From assembly GCA_950097015.1 (NCBI GenBank), contig CATNEN010000001.1, positions 20,026,001-20,090,000 of the forward strand: a stretch of 64,000 bases of DNA, written 5' to 3'. Within the stretch, counting starts at the first letter, position 1. Every line of letters starts with the position of its first letter. Made by a program: the position numbers and the translations under genes. This document shows positions 23,153 to 35,259 of the stretch, one piece after another. This DNA comes from Macrostomum hystrix. Taxonomy: Eukaryota > Animalia > Platyhelminthes. Under the pieces are notes generated by a model. The model was not told the origin of the DNA and did not search any database. It was given only the letters and a program-made list of their open reading frames with translations.

Positions 23153-24183
23153 GTACTTTTTATCAATTGTTGTTCTTTTATTTTCCCTCTTTTTTATCTA
23201 TCTACCTTTGTTTTGTACTAGTGTAAAAACGTTTTGTGGCATTAGTAATAATGATGATATGAAAAGGCTGAACATTTTTTCTCTGAAAAAATTTAACTCT
23301 ATTAATAACAACAAAGTAGCTTGAATAAATTTAGCTAGATTTCGTGTGCAATTGGATATCTATTTTAAAGCTAATATTTTTATAATTTTTTTTATTTTAT
23401 TTCTTAGTTTTCTTATCTTTTAAAACAGTATTTGCCTAACTGTATTCATATTGTATGTTTTCAGGGGCTAATACAGTTTATTTTGATGTATAGGTTAATG
23501 TGATTTTATTATATGATTATATGATCTATGTTAATATGATAATATGGAAATAAATGAAAGTCAGGAGTTTAATCTTTGTTCCACACTGTCTCTATGTGGC
23601 ACTTTGGCATAGAGCCTTGGCCCATGACTCCCCACAGTAAAAAATCCTGGCTACACCACTGATAGCCTTATATACATAGCAATTGAAATGGCTGATGAAA
23701 CTATAAAGGCATTGTGTTGACATGTTGCTATAAAACAATTTTCCAGTTTTTAAGCTTGGGTGAAAAAATTGATTTACCCATAAAAATGTTGTTTCAGAGA
23801 GTGATATATTGCATAATGCAAATAACTCAGGGGATTTAGTGTTATTTGTTACAATACGAGCTAGTTATTTCCATGTTCATTATAGCTACATGGTTACTAG
23901 AAAACTATCTTCAATTGCTTTTCTAGTCTATTTTTAGTTTGGGTCAAAACAAGATCCAGATATCATCTTAAATGCACTCAAAAGTTATTTATGACCTGGA
24001 TCCTACAAATCTAAATTCTTTCCTGACCTCTCCCATCTCTTTTAATACAGTTTTTAAATCCTTAAAATGTTAATCCTATCTGACTGATATGGGAATGTCA
24101 AATTATTGATTGACTGATTGACTGAAGACATTAGCTACAGTTTGATAGTGTAAAATTGTGTCTAATGGCCATCTCACTCGCAG

Positions 24184-24675
24184 TACACGGAGGAGAAACT
24201 TGGCCAGGCCGAATGCACCGAATATCCGGCCGAATTCAAGGAGCTCCTGCGCATAGCCGATGCCACTCAGCAGTGGACCGAACGGGTGATCAAATGCACC
24301 GAGGCTGTACTGCAGCCCAACCCGGCCTACAGGGTGGAGGATTTGATGTGCGAGAAGCTAGAGAGGGAGCGCCGCGATCGTGTGACGCCGCTAGAAGACT
24401 TCGGCAATGTTCTGACAACGGCCGGCGCCGAATTGGGGCCGACTACAGACTATGGCGGCGCCCTGGTTCGGGTCGGCCAAGTGCAGAAGGAGCTGGCCCA
24501 ATTGGAGCGAGATTTCGTGCGCACCTCCAGCCTGTCGTTTCTAAGGCCGCTTCGCGAATTCCTCGAGGCCGATGTTAAAGCTGCCGCCAAGGAGAGGCGC
24601 GAACTGGAAAAGGCTCGACTGGATTTGGACAGCGCCAAGGGCAGGGCTAAGAGGGGCCGCGACCCCGCCTCTGTG
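24184..24675 (+). CDS. SH3GLB1: Endophilin-B exon 2 (N-BAR domain)
   Basis: cag|YTEEKLGQAECTEY...VLQPNPAYRVE...ELGPTTDYGGALVRVG...FLRPLREFLEAD...KERRELEKARLDLDSAK...SV|gtgag; 492 nt, phase 0-0. Confidence 0.95.
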
Positions 24676-24707
24676 GTGAGCAGCTGGGGAGTCTGAAGAT
24701 GGCTTTT

Positions 24708-24803
24708 TCAGGTGTGAGTTTGGGATCTTCAGGTGTGAGTTTGGGATCTTCAGGTGTGAGTTTGGGATCTTCAAGTGTGAGTTTGGGATCTTCAGGCGTG
24801 AGT
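24708..24803. repeat. 21-bp intronic minisatellite, ~4.5 copies
   Basis: caggtgtgagtttgggatctt repeated. Confidence 0.9.
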
Positions 24804-24857
24804 TAGTAGTTTTCCCTGAAATTTCACCACGATACAAAAAACACTTTTAAACTACAG

Positions 24858-24947
24858 CCCGAATCTGATTACGAGAGGGAGCAACAACAGTTTGACAGGC
24901 AGTTGGAAGTCACTCGCCTGCTTTTGGAGGGCATTAAGTGTGCTCAC
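24858..24947 (+). CDS. SH3GLB1: Endophilin-B exon 3
   Basis: cag|PESDYEREQQQFDRQLEVTRLLLEGIKCAH|gtgagt (cf. FDRQAEITRLLLEGI); 90 nt. Confidence 0.93.
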
Positions 24948-25031
24948 GTGAGTATTTTTAGCTCTCTGTAGCTCTTTTAATCTCAAGCACTTGCTATGTG
25001 TCACCATCATGATTCTCCTCAATTTTAATAG

Positions 25032-25132
25032 GCGAATCACTTGCGCGCGTTGAAGGACTTCGCGGAGGCACAGATGCAGTTCCACGCTGAGTGCTTTCAC
25101 AAGATGCAGGAGGTGCGCCGAGACCTCAATAG
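25032..25132 (+). CDS. SH3GLB1: Endophilin-B exon 4 (end of BAR domain)
   Basis: tag|ANHLRALKDFAEAQMQFHAECFHKMQEVRRDLN|gtgagt (cf. AHHLRCLNDFVEAQMTYYAQC). The terminal exon could not be identified with certainty. Confidence 0.92.
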
Positions 25133-26104
25133 GTGAGTCTCACTCTACCTCTACACGAAATATATTTTTATGTACTTTTCGAGCTCTCGCTGAAAAAATA
25201 CTCACTATTTGCATCTACACTACTACTGTGACGCAACTGAACAGTAGTACTATGTATTTATAGCAGCAAGTCTTTGAAGTCTAGTTTTTTCTGTAATAAT
25301 TTTTTCTAGAGTATCATAAACTTACCTTTTATGCTTATACTTATTATTACGAATACAAATGCCTTCAAATTTGCAAAACAATTTTAGCAGCTAAATCTAC
25401 TTGAAGCGTCTGCGGATGGCTGAGAAATTGGAGAAAATATGATAAACTGAAAGTAACTTTTGCTTTACCAGGTGAATTGTCGCAATGTTTATTCTGTCTG
25501 CTTGAAGGGCAGATAAAATTTTATGATTTTATTTGTGTTATGGAACTCAAGTCAGGCAAATGTTTCTAAATAATTTTTACACTAGTTCTGTAACACCAAA
25601 CTTAATGTTGGTGCAAATTTTTTCTGTTTGTTGAATTTCTTTGGTTAGTTTGAGTGCTTCCATTAGTTTAGTACTGCCTATTCTGTCTATCATTTATTGT
25701 TTCAGACTCTATATAATGTGCTTCCAATATACACGGAATCATTTGGAAATCTCGATAATCAAACAATTGTACTTTTGCCAAAAGGGTCTCTGACAATGTT
25801 TATTTCAGTGCCATAAGCGAGCAGTTTATTTTTCAGTTCTTCTCTATTTGGTTTTCTGGTATAAATTTCAAGCTTGCCTTTTTGTGTTACTAAGCAAAGT
25901 CGATTATTTTCATTTATCACATCATTTATTATACTTTGGTAGTAGCCTGTTTTGCATATACTAAACTGTTTATTTTTTCCGGTTGTTAAGAAATAAATTC
26001 GTTACTCAGCATTCTGAGTTCTAGTCCAATCTGGTGTTTTTTGTTGCCAACAGACACTACAAATTAAAAATTAAGAATAAAATGCCTTTTGTCATTCTAT
26101 GCAA

Positions 26105-27001
26105 ATCTGTCACTCTTAGGATCCGTCACTCTGTCTCTCTTAGGATCTGTCACTCTGTCTCTCTTAGGATCCGTCACTCTGTCTCTCTTAGGATCCGTCA
26201 CTCTGTCTCTCTTAGGATCCGTCACTCTGTCTCTCTTAGGATCCGTCACTCTCTATCTCTTAGGATCCGTCACTCTGTCTCTCTTAGGATCTGTCACTCT
26301 GTCTCTCTTAGGATCTGTCACTCTGTCTCTCTTAGGATCCGTCACTCTGTCTCTCTTAGGATCTGTCACTCTGTCTCTCTTAGGATCCGTCACTCTGTCT
26401 CTCTTAGGATCCGTCACTCTGTCTCTCTTAGGATCCGTCACTCTCTATCTCTTAGGATCCGTCACTCTGTCTCTCTTAGGATCTGTCACTCTGTCTCTCT
26501 TAGGATCTGTCACTCTGTCTCTCTTAGGATCTGTCACTCTGTCTCTCTTAGGATCCGTCACTCTGTCTCTCTTAGGATCTGTCACTCTGTCTCTCTTAGG
26601 ATCTGTCACTCTGTCTCTCTTAGGATCCGTCACTCTGTCTCTCTTAGGATCCGTCACTCTGTCTCTCTTAGGATCTGTCACTCTGTCTCTCTTAGGATCC
26701 GTCACTGTCTCTCTTAGGATCTGTCACTCTGTCTCTCTTAGGATCCGTCACTCTCTATCTCTTAGGATCCGCCACTCTGTCTCTCTTAGGATCCGTCACT
26801 CTGTCTCTCTTAGGATCTGTCACTCAGTCTTCCTCTTAGGATCCGTCACTCTGTCTTCCTCTTAGGATCTGTCACTCTGTCTTCCTCTTAGGATCTGTCA
26901 CTCTCTATCTCTTTGGATCTGTCACTCTCTATCTCTTAGGATCTGTCACTCTCTATCTCTTTGGATCTGTCACTCTCTATCTCTTAGGATCTGTCACTCT
27001 G
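26105..27001. repeat. 24-bp minisatellite
   Basis: ggatc(c/t)gtcactctgtctctctta, ~37 copies. Confidence 0.97.
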
Positions 27002-27704
27002 TTAGAATTTTAAAAGGATCTTAAATAAATTTCTTAAACAGTGTTAATTATGTAATCATTTTAAAACGGCAAACAGAATAATTTACACAATGTGACCAAC
27101 TTACATCATTTATTTATTATTAAAAAATTAATCAAAAATTAACTTTAGAAAATACTTCTAAAGTATTTTTATATTGTTTACTTCCATAAAGCCTCAATAT
27201 CCAGAAAGGTGCAAAAATTGTTTGAAACGCAAAAAATCGAACTTAAGTTTTCACAGAATAAAACAATGAAACAAAAAATGTGAATTTATTTAAGAAGAAA
27301 ATGACTCAACTGCAACACCAAATGAGTTAAATGAGGTCACAGAAAATATGTCCCGATCAACTACTTGTGGTCAGTATAAACAAGTAGTGTGAACGAACAT
27401 AAAAAATTCAAAATGGAAATCAGCTCAATTTTCATGCCTTTTTCTCAGGTGGAACAACTGGAAGTGATGGCAAAAATTTGTTCGATTAAAGTAATTAAGA
27501 AAAGCAAAAAAACATTTTCGCAAACTAATTATAAAAGAAATGATAATGAAGGTGTGCAACAAGGTTTTTAGTTATCTGTGGGTATGTATATGCATTCAGA
27601 GCATGTCTTTTTCAATGGTGCTGTGATTCTATAAGCAGATCAGTAAAGCCTGGAAATTGTTGGGAAAGTATATTTCTGATTTAAAATGATATTTCGACGA
27701 CCTT

Positions 27705-28438
27705 TGTCATTAAAGTCATTCAGCAGTGACTTGGTCATTACAAACAAGTCATTCAATGACGCGGTCAGTATACAGGTCATTAAATGATTCGTTCATTAAA
27801 TTGGTCATCAAATTACCTCGTTCATTACATAATTCATTAACTCGGTCATGACAGGTTATTCAATGACTCGGTCATTACACAGGTCATTCAGTGACTCGGT
27901 TGTTTACACAGGTCATTCAGTGACTTGGTCATTACATTGTTCATTAAATGACTCGGTCATTATACAGGTCATTCAATGATTCGGCCATGACAAAGGTCAT
28001 TCAATGACGTGATCATTACACATGTCATTCAATGACTCGGTCACTATACTGGTCATTCAATGACTCGGTCATTATATACAGGTCATTAAATGATTCGGCC
28101 ATGACAAAGGTCATTCAATGACGTGATCATTACACAGGTCATTCAATGACTCGGTCACTATACTGGTCATTCAATGACTCGGTCATTATACAGGTCATTA
28201 AATGACTCGGTCATGACACAGGTCACTCAATGACTCGGTCATTATACTGGTCATTCAATGACTCGGTCATTATACTGGTCATTCAATGACTCAATCAATA
28301 TTCTGGTCATTAAATGACTCGGTCATGACACAGGTCACTCAATGACTCGGTCATTATACTGGTCATTCAATGACTCGGTCATTATACTGGTCATTCAATG
28401 ACTCGGTCATTATACTGGTCATTCAATGACTCGGTCAT
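27705..28438. repeat. ~28-bp minisatellite with internal palindrome
   Basis: ggtcattcaatgactcggtcattatact; contains GTCATT-C-AATGAC; more degenerate on the left. Confidence 0.92.
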
Positions 28439-28532
28439 GGCTTATTTCGCTCACCCGTAGCTGCTGCAGTGCCGCAGTCATGTGTCGTGCAAATAGAAAA
28501 GCCGCGCCTTAATTAATGATTTTTCCATAGCT

Positions 28533-28581
28533 TCAACCACCGCCTCTCATGCTGGTCCTTTGACCACCACTGTCGCCTCTG

Positions 28582-28616
<35 letters not shown>

Positions 28617-28901
28617 TTCCTGCCTTCGTCTATGTCGCTCCAGCCGACGCTGTCGCCGCCTTTGTCGGCACAGTTCGTTCAGGCACGGCCTTCGTCTTTT
28701 GCGGCCTCGACCGCCGCGCTTGCGTCGGCCGCCAGATTTGGTGGCTTCGTCGATGACGGATGGCGACTGCGGGTTGTGCGGCTCCGTGGCAAAGGTGCGG
28801 GACACCAGCGGCTCGTCTCGCGTCCCTGGCTGCGGCTGCTGCGGCTGCTGCGGCTGCCGATGGTACTCCAGCGGCTTCGGGGCGTAGATGCTCCGGATGT
28901 C
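28533..28901 (-). CDS. MACIT collagen terminal exon (basic, Arg-rich/poly-Ala tail)
   Basis: Polypyrimidine tract and aag acceptor, then DIRSIYAPKPLEY...RRKRGGRGRKRRRPC...AAAAAAAAAAA...GGG*; phase 0 matches the upstream exon. Confidence 0.7.
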
Positions 28902-28959
28902 CTTGGCGAAGAGAGGAAGGAAAATGAACGGTGACTTAACCATATCTAACAGGGATATC

Positions 28960-29120
28960 GGTTCAGTCCATGGACTGGGGGTACGCCACACCCACCCTCT
29001 GGGACTGGGTGAACTGAAGCAATGCAGAGTTAACTGTCTTGCTGAACGACACAAATTGTTCCAGTGGAGTTGGGAATCGAACCCCCGACCTTCATGCCGT
29101 GAATGGCTGCATCTCCCCTT
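28960..29120 (-). mobile_element. tRNA-derived SINE remnant in the last collagen intron
   Basis: Minus strand: B-box ggttcgattccc followed by tgtgtcgttcagcaagacagttaactctgcattgcttcagttcacccag, resembling the conserved gtgtccttgagcaagacacttaac central SINE domain. Confidence 0.6.
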
Positions 29121-29194
29121 TTCTTACAGAATAATAAACGCCATATTTTATGTAACAGGTGTCTAATAGGAATCTGACAGGTGACCAATCTTTC

Positions 29195-30298
29195 TAACAG
29201 ATGTGAATCATGTCAAACAGGTATCTCATCTTGTCAAACAGGTGTCTCATCTTGTCAAACAGGTGTCTCATCTTGTCAAACAGGTGTCTCATCTTGTCAA
29301 ACAGGTGTCTCATCTTGTCAAACAGGTGTCTCATCTTGTCAAACAGGTGTCTCATCTTGTCAAACAGGTGTCTCATCTTGTCAAACAGGTGTCTCATCTT
29401 GTCAAACAGGTGTCTCATCTTGTCAAACAGGTGTCTCATCTTGTATAACAGATGTGAATCATGTCAAACAGGTGTCTCATCTTGTCAAACAGGTGTCTCA
29501 TCTTGTCAAACAGGTGTCTCATCTTGTCAAACAGGTGTCTCATCTTGTCAAACAGGTGTCTCATCTTGTCAAACAGGTGTCTCATCTTGTCAAACAGGTG
29601 TCTCATCTTGTCAAACAGGTGTCTCATCTTGTATAACAGATGTGAATCATGTCAAACAGGTGTCTCATCTTGTCAAACAGGTGTCTCATCTTGTCAAACA
29701 GGTGTCTCATCTTGTCAAACAGGTGTCTCATCTTGTTAAACAGGTGTCTCATCTTGTCAAACAGGTCTCTCATCTTGTCAAACAGGTGTCTCATCTTGTC
29801 AAACAGGTGTCTCATCTTGTCAAACAGGTGTCTCATCTTGTCAAACAGGTGTCTCATCTTGTCAAACAGGTGTCTCATCTTGTCAAACAGGTGTCTCATC
29901 TTGTCAAACAGGTGTCTCATCTTGTCAAACAGGTGTCTCATCTTGTCAAACAGGTGTCTCATCTTGTATAACAGATGTGAATCATGTCAAACAGGTGTCT
30001 CATCTTGTCAAACAGGTGTCTCATCTTGTCAAACAGGTGTCTCATCTTGTCAAACAGGTGTCTCATCTTGTCAAACAGGTGTCTCATCTTGTCAAACAGG
30101 TGTCTCATCTTGTCAAACAGGTGTCTCATCTTGTATAACAGATGTGAATCATGTCAAACAGGTGTCTCATCTTGTCAAACAGGTGTCTCATCTTGTCAAA
30201 CAGGTGTCTCATCTTGTCAAACAGGTGTCTCATCTTGTTAAACAGGTGTCTCATCTTGTCAAACAGGTGTCTCATCTTGTCAAACAGGTGTCTCATCT
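29195..30298. repeat. 21-bp minisatellite with periodic variant unit
   Basis: tgtcaaacaggtgtctcatct; variant tataacagatgtgaatca at ~29445, 29633, 29968 and 30135. Confidence 0.97.
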
Positions 30299-30359
30299 GG
30301 TCTAAAATGTGTGAATCTCGTCTCACAGGTGATTAATCAATAATTAACCAACAAATTAC

Positions 30360-30449
30360 CTTTGCGTTGGCCGCTTGCCAACTGGCAATGCAGGAACTCT
30401 CAATGGGCGACCCATCGGGCCGCAGCCAGCACAGCATTCCCGCCTTGCC
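30360..30449 (-). CDS. MACIT collagen exon: end of COL domain plus NC4-like motif
   Basis: cag|GKAGMLCWLRPDGSPIESSCIASWQAANAK|gtaat (cf. collagen XIII [21 protein letters not shown]). Confidence 0.85.
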
Positions 30450-30546
30450 CTGCGGAGTTTTCGGCGCAGCCAGTATTAGGTCTCTTAGATGCTGGATTTA
30501 TTATATTCCCAAATCCTGGGAAGATCATCCCACAACAGCCTCTCAC

Positions 30547-30609
30547 CGGTGCGCCATCTTCGCCTCTTCGTCCTCTCTTGCCTCGCTCACCTGGCGATCC
30601 AGGTTCGCC
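30547..30609 (-). CDS. MACIT collagen Gly-X-Y exon (63 nt)
   Basis: tag|GEPGSPGERGKRGRRGEDGAP|gtgag. Confidence 0.92.
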
Positions 30610-30798
30610 CTAAAAATTATATTAAAATTATAAAAAGTTTGCAACTTTCTTTAAATGTTACTTAGATTTATCAAGTCAGTAGTGTAAAGCGAAAAATAAG
30701 GCCGAAAAAAACTAAAAAGAGTAATAAATAAAATGAATAGCAGCATTAAATCATTCTTCGGTAAATAAAAAGCGAAGAAATCTCCATCGTGTTCCGAC

Positions 30799-30825
30799 CT
30801 TAGGACCTGGCTGCCCCGGATCACC
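30799..30825 (-). CDS. MACIT collagen Gly-X-Y exon (27 nt)
   Basis: cag|GDPGQPGPK|gtcgg. Confidence 0.85.
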
Positions 30826-30947
30826 CTGCAATTTTTTGAAAGATTCATTTTAGAAATATGAACCAAGATCAGAGACAACCTGACGACTGTTTTTCTCTAT
30901 TGCCTAATCTTTGTAAAAAGAATCGTTAGACCAATAAAAAAATTCAC

Positions 30948-30974
30948 CTTTTCGCCGTTTAATCCTGGTCGACC
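30948..30974 (-). CDS. MACIT collagen Gly-X-Y exon (27 nt)
   Basis: cag|GRPGLNGEK|gtgaa. Confidence 0.85.
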
Positions 30975-31385
30975 CTGGAAATGGGGGAAGGGGTGAGGGA
31001 AATCTCATTTCTGTTAGCTGTATGTGTACAGTAATGTATAACAGTAATGTTATATTGATCTCTCTATACATCTATTTTGATTGTTAGCAAATATTAATTA
31101 GTCCGGAGCATTGGGGCTAATGTCGCGTATTTGAATCCTATTGAAGATTTTGTTATAATCGGCTCGGTATTTAAAACGGTAGTCAAAAAAAGTTTATACA
31201 TTAGCAAAACTAATCTAATTAGGTGTATATTGGCTCTTACGTGTGCTTTTTTCGGCGTAGATAAGAGAAATTTTTGTTATTCTGTTATTTGTTACTTTGA
31301 CTATTGCGATATTGTTAAAATATAGTAATTCTTTTGATGCTGAAAATGATAGTTGTGCTCGCTTAACCATGAGTTTTTCAAGGTC

Positions 31386-33345
31386 CTACCCCCTGATTAT
31401 CTCAGTAATCTACCCCCTGATTATCTCAGTAATCTACCCCCTGATTATCTCAGTAATCTACCCCCTGATTATCTCAGTAATCTACCCCCTGATTATCTCA
31501 GTAATCTACCCCCTGATTATCTCAGTAATCTACCCCTGATTATCTCAGTAATCTACCCCCTGATTATCTCAGTAATCTACCCCTGATTATCTCAGTAATC
31601 TACCCCCTGATTATCTCAGTAATCTACCCCCTGATTATCTCAGTAATCTATCCTCTGAGTATCTCAGTAATCTATCCTCTGATTATCTCAGTAATCTATC
31701 CTCTGATTATCTCAGTAATCTATTCCTGATTATCTCAGTAATCTACCCCTGATTATCTCAGTAATCTACCCCCTGATTATCTCAGTAATCTATCCTCTGA
31801 GTATCTCAGTAATCTATCCTCTGATTATCTCAGTAATCTATCCCCTGATTATCTCAGTAATCTACCCCCTGATTATCTCAGTAATCTACCCCATGATTAT
31901 CTCAGTAATCTACCCCCTGATTATCTCAGTAATCTACCCCCTGATTATCTCAGTAATCTACCCCCTGATTATCTCAGTAATCTACCCCTGATTATCTCAG
32001 TAATCTACCCCCTGATTATCTCAGTAATCTACCCCCTGATTATCTCAGTAATCTACCCCTGATTATCTCAGTAATCTACCCCCTGATTATCTCAGTAATC
32101 TACCCCTGATTATCTCAGTAATCTACCCCCTGATTATCTCAGTAATCTACCCCCTGATTATCTCAGTAATCTATCCTCTGAGTATCTCAGTAATCTATCC
32201 TCTGATTATCTCAGTAATCTATCCTCTGATTATCTCAGTAATCTATTCCTGATTATCTCAGTAATCTACCCCTGATTATCTCAGTAATCTACCCCCTGAT
32301 TATCTCAGTAATCTATCCTCTGAGTATCTCAGTAATCTATCCTCTGATTATCTCAGTAATCTATCCCCTGATTATCTCAGTAATCTACCCCCTGATTATC
32401 TCAGTAATCTACCCCATGATTATCTCAGTAATCTACCCCCTGATTATCTCAGTAATCTACCCCCTGATTATCTCAGTAATCTACCCCCTGAGTATCTCAG
32501 TAATCTATTCCTGAGTATCTCAGTAATCTACCCCCTGATTATCTCAGTAATCTACCCCTGATTATCTCAGTAATCTACCCCTGATTATCTCAGTAATCTA
32601 CCCCCTGATTATCTCAGTAATCTACCCCCTGATTATCTCAGTAATCTACCCCCTGATTATCTCAGTAGTCTACCCCCTGATTATCTCAGTAATCTACCCC
32701 CTGATTATCTCAGTAATCTACCCCTGAGTATCTCAGTAATCTACCCCCTGAGTATCTCAGTAATCTACCCCCTGATTATCTCAGTAATCTACCCCCTGAT
32801 TATCTCAGTAATCTACCCCCTGATTATCTCAGTAATCTACCCCCTGATTATCTCAGTAATCTACCCCCTGATTATCTCAGTAGTCTACCCCCTGATTATC
32901 TCAGTAATCTACCCCCTGATTATCTCAGTAATCTACCCCTGAGTATCTCAGTAATCTACCCCCTGAGTATCTCAGTAATCTACCCCCTGATTATCTCAGT
33001 AATCTACCCCCTGATTATCTCAGTAATCTACCCCCTGATTATCTCAGTAATCTACCCCCTGATTATCTCAGTAATCTACCCCCTGATTATCTCAGTAGTC
33101 TACCCCCTGATTATCTCAGTAATCTACCCCCTGATTATCTCAGTAATCTACCCCCTGATTATCTCAGTAGTCTACCCCCTGATTATCTCAGTAATCTACC
33201 CCCTGATTATCTCAGTAATCTATCCTCTGAGTATCTCAGTAATCTATCCTCTGAGTATCTCAGTAATCTACCCCCTGATTATCTCAGTAATCCATCCTCT
33301 GATTATCTCAGTAATCTATTCCTGAGTATCTCAGTAATCTACGCC
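31386..33345. repeat. 24-bp minisatellite (~80 copies)
   Basis: ctgattatctcagtaatctacccc; internal inverted GATTA...TAATC. Confidence 0.97.
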
Positions 33346-33467
33346 CTCAGTCTTAGAGTAAGTCATTCTTATTAATTAGCAAGGACTTTCATCAAAACCG
33401 GCGCTGTTAAAAAATGTTAGCAATAGAATATAAAATTCATATTTCTTCCTAACAAGTTGAGTTTTAC

Positions 33468-33503
33468 CGGCAAGCCAACATGACCAATCTTTCCGGCTGG
33501 TCC
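33468..33503 (-). CDS. MACIT collagen Gly-X-Y exon (36 nt)
   Basis: tag|GPAGKIGHVGLP|gtaaa. Confidence 0.85.
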
Positions 33504-34059
33504 CTACGGGTATTTGATCAGAATTGTTGTTTGAAACTCATTTTAGCAAAAAGCAGTAGCGGTTTCGCATTCGATTATAAAGCAAAACCTGCTAGGTACA
33601 AAATCCAAAGCTTTTGGTGCGTAACGAATTGCCTGTCAGTTAAAATTTAATTTCGATTAAGCATTTTGAGCAGTTCTCAAGAAACTGCTCGTAAAATATC
33701 ATTAGCATACTGTGGATTCGAGCGCAGTTGACAAACCTGAATTAGAAGCTTTGCATTTTTATTACCTTGCTATAAGCTTTCTTGAGGTCTCAAAGCTACA
33801 ACCGAATTTTCCATTCCTCTCCCCGATTCTAACCATGATTCCCCCATAATGCGAACTTTCCATCCTTTATTTACATCCTCCCGATTTCACATTCCGCCAA
33901 TTCGCCCAATCCCTAACCCAGAATTCCAACTGAATCTCTTGAATCCTCAAAATCCAAATCCAAAAAATCCAAAAATCCCCATTTCCTGTTTCTAAATCCC
34001 CGGTTCTTTTATTCCGAAATCCTAAAAATCATGAATCCACAATGATCCAACTACCAAAT

Positions 34060-34853
34060 CTTCCAGATCCCAAATCCTCTAAATTCCAAATCCCCGAATC
34101 CCAAATACTCCAAATCCCCTATTCTCCTAATCCCAAATCCTGAAAATCCCAAATCCTCAAAATCCAAAATCCTCCAAATCCTAATCTTACAAATCCCAAA
34201 TCCTCGAAATCCAAAATCCTCCAAATCCTAATCTTACAAATCCCAAATCCTCAAAATACAAAATCCTCCAAATCCTAATCTTACAAATCCCAAATCCTCA
34301 AAATGCAAAATCCTCCAAATCCTAATCTTACAAATCTCAAATCCTCAAAATCCAAAATCCTCCAAATCCTAATCTTACAAATCCCAAATCCTCAAAATCC
34401 AAAATCCTCCAAATCCTAATCTTACAAATCCCAAATCCTCAAAATCCAAAATCCTCCAAATCCTAATCTTACAAATCCCAAATCCTCAAAATGCAAAATC
34501 CTCCAAATCCTAATCTTACAAATCTCAAATCCTCAAAATCCAAAATCCTCCAAATCCTAATCTTACAAATCCCAAATCCTCAAAATCCAAAATCCTCCAA
34601 ATCCTAATCTTACAAATCCCAAATCCTCAAAATCCAAAATCCTCCAAATCCTAATCTTACAAATCCCAAATCCTCGAAACCTTTAATCCTCCAAATCGCA
34701 AATCCTCCAAATCCCAAATCCACAAAATCCCAAATCCTCCAAATCCCAAATCCTTCAAATCCCAAATCCTCCAGATCCCAAATCCTCCAAATCCCAAATC
34801 CTCCAAATCCCAAATCCTCTGAATCTCAAATCCTCCGAGTCCCAAATCCTCCA
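34060..34853. repeat. ~15-bp minisatellite organised as ~45-bp higher-order units
   Basis: aaatcccaaatcctc / aaatccaaaatcctc / caaatcctaatctta. Confidence 0.93.
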
Positions 34854-34868
34854 GCCAGTAATCCTCAC

Positions 34869-34964
34869 CTCGGGTCCCTGTCGTCCAGGAAATCCAGGCG
34901 GTCCGGTGGCTCCTGGGAGTCCCCGGTCGCCTTTGGCCCCCGACGGTCCGGGCGGTCCGGGAAT
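34869..34964 (-). CDS. MACIT collagen Gly-X-Y exon (96 nt)
   Basis: cag|IPGPPGPSGAKGDRGLPGATGPPGFPGRQGPE|gtgag. Confidence 0.93.
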
Positions 34965-35061
34965 CTGAGAAGGCAAAGAGAAACGAAAGCCCAGCAACAT
35001 CATGATATGAGAATACCTTTGAGTGCTTACAAGAAGGACACAGGACTTCCAGGCGACTCAC

Positions 35062-35103
35062 AACTTGGACACCTTTGTCACCATTGACACGGCTGATTAC
35101 AGT
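35062..35103 (-). CDS. MACIT collagen non-collagenous linker exon (42 nt)
   Basis: ttccag|TVISRVNGDKGVQV|gtgagt; phase 0-0. Confidence 0.75.
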
Positions 35104-35259
35104 CTGGAAGGGTCCGATAATTAGTTTCGATGTCAAATTGGTTTGGTTCAACAATTACAACTCTCCATACCTTATTTTAGTATATTATTATTTTTTTCAA
35201 ACTAATTTTGTATATTTATTTTAATTTTCCGAAATTCCATAATTAATTTTTTCTGTCCA

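Noticed and set aside
26034-26865. Repetitive ORFs as a possible endophilin C-terminus
   Set aside because: 24-bp satellite downstream of the likely polyadenylation signal; no SH3 similarity.
29060-29120. tRNA gene
   Set aside because: Only a B-box/T-arm is recognisable, followed by a SINE-like body; no full cloverleaf.
29195-30298. CRISPR-like look of repeats punctuated by a different unit (also 38767-40783)
   Set aside because: The interspersed units are identical to each other rather than unique spacers, there are no cas genes, and the context is a eukaryotic intron.
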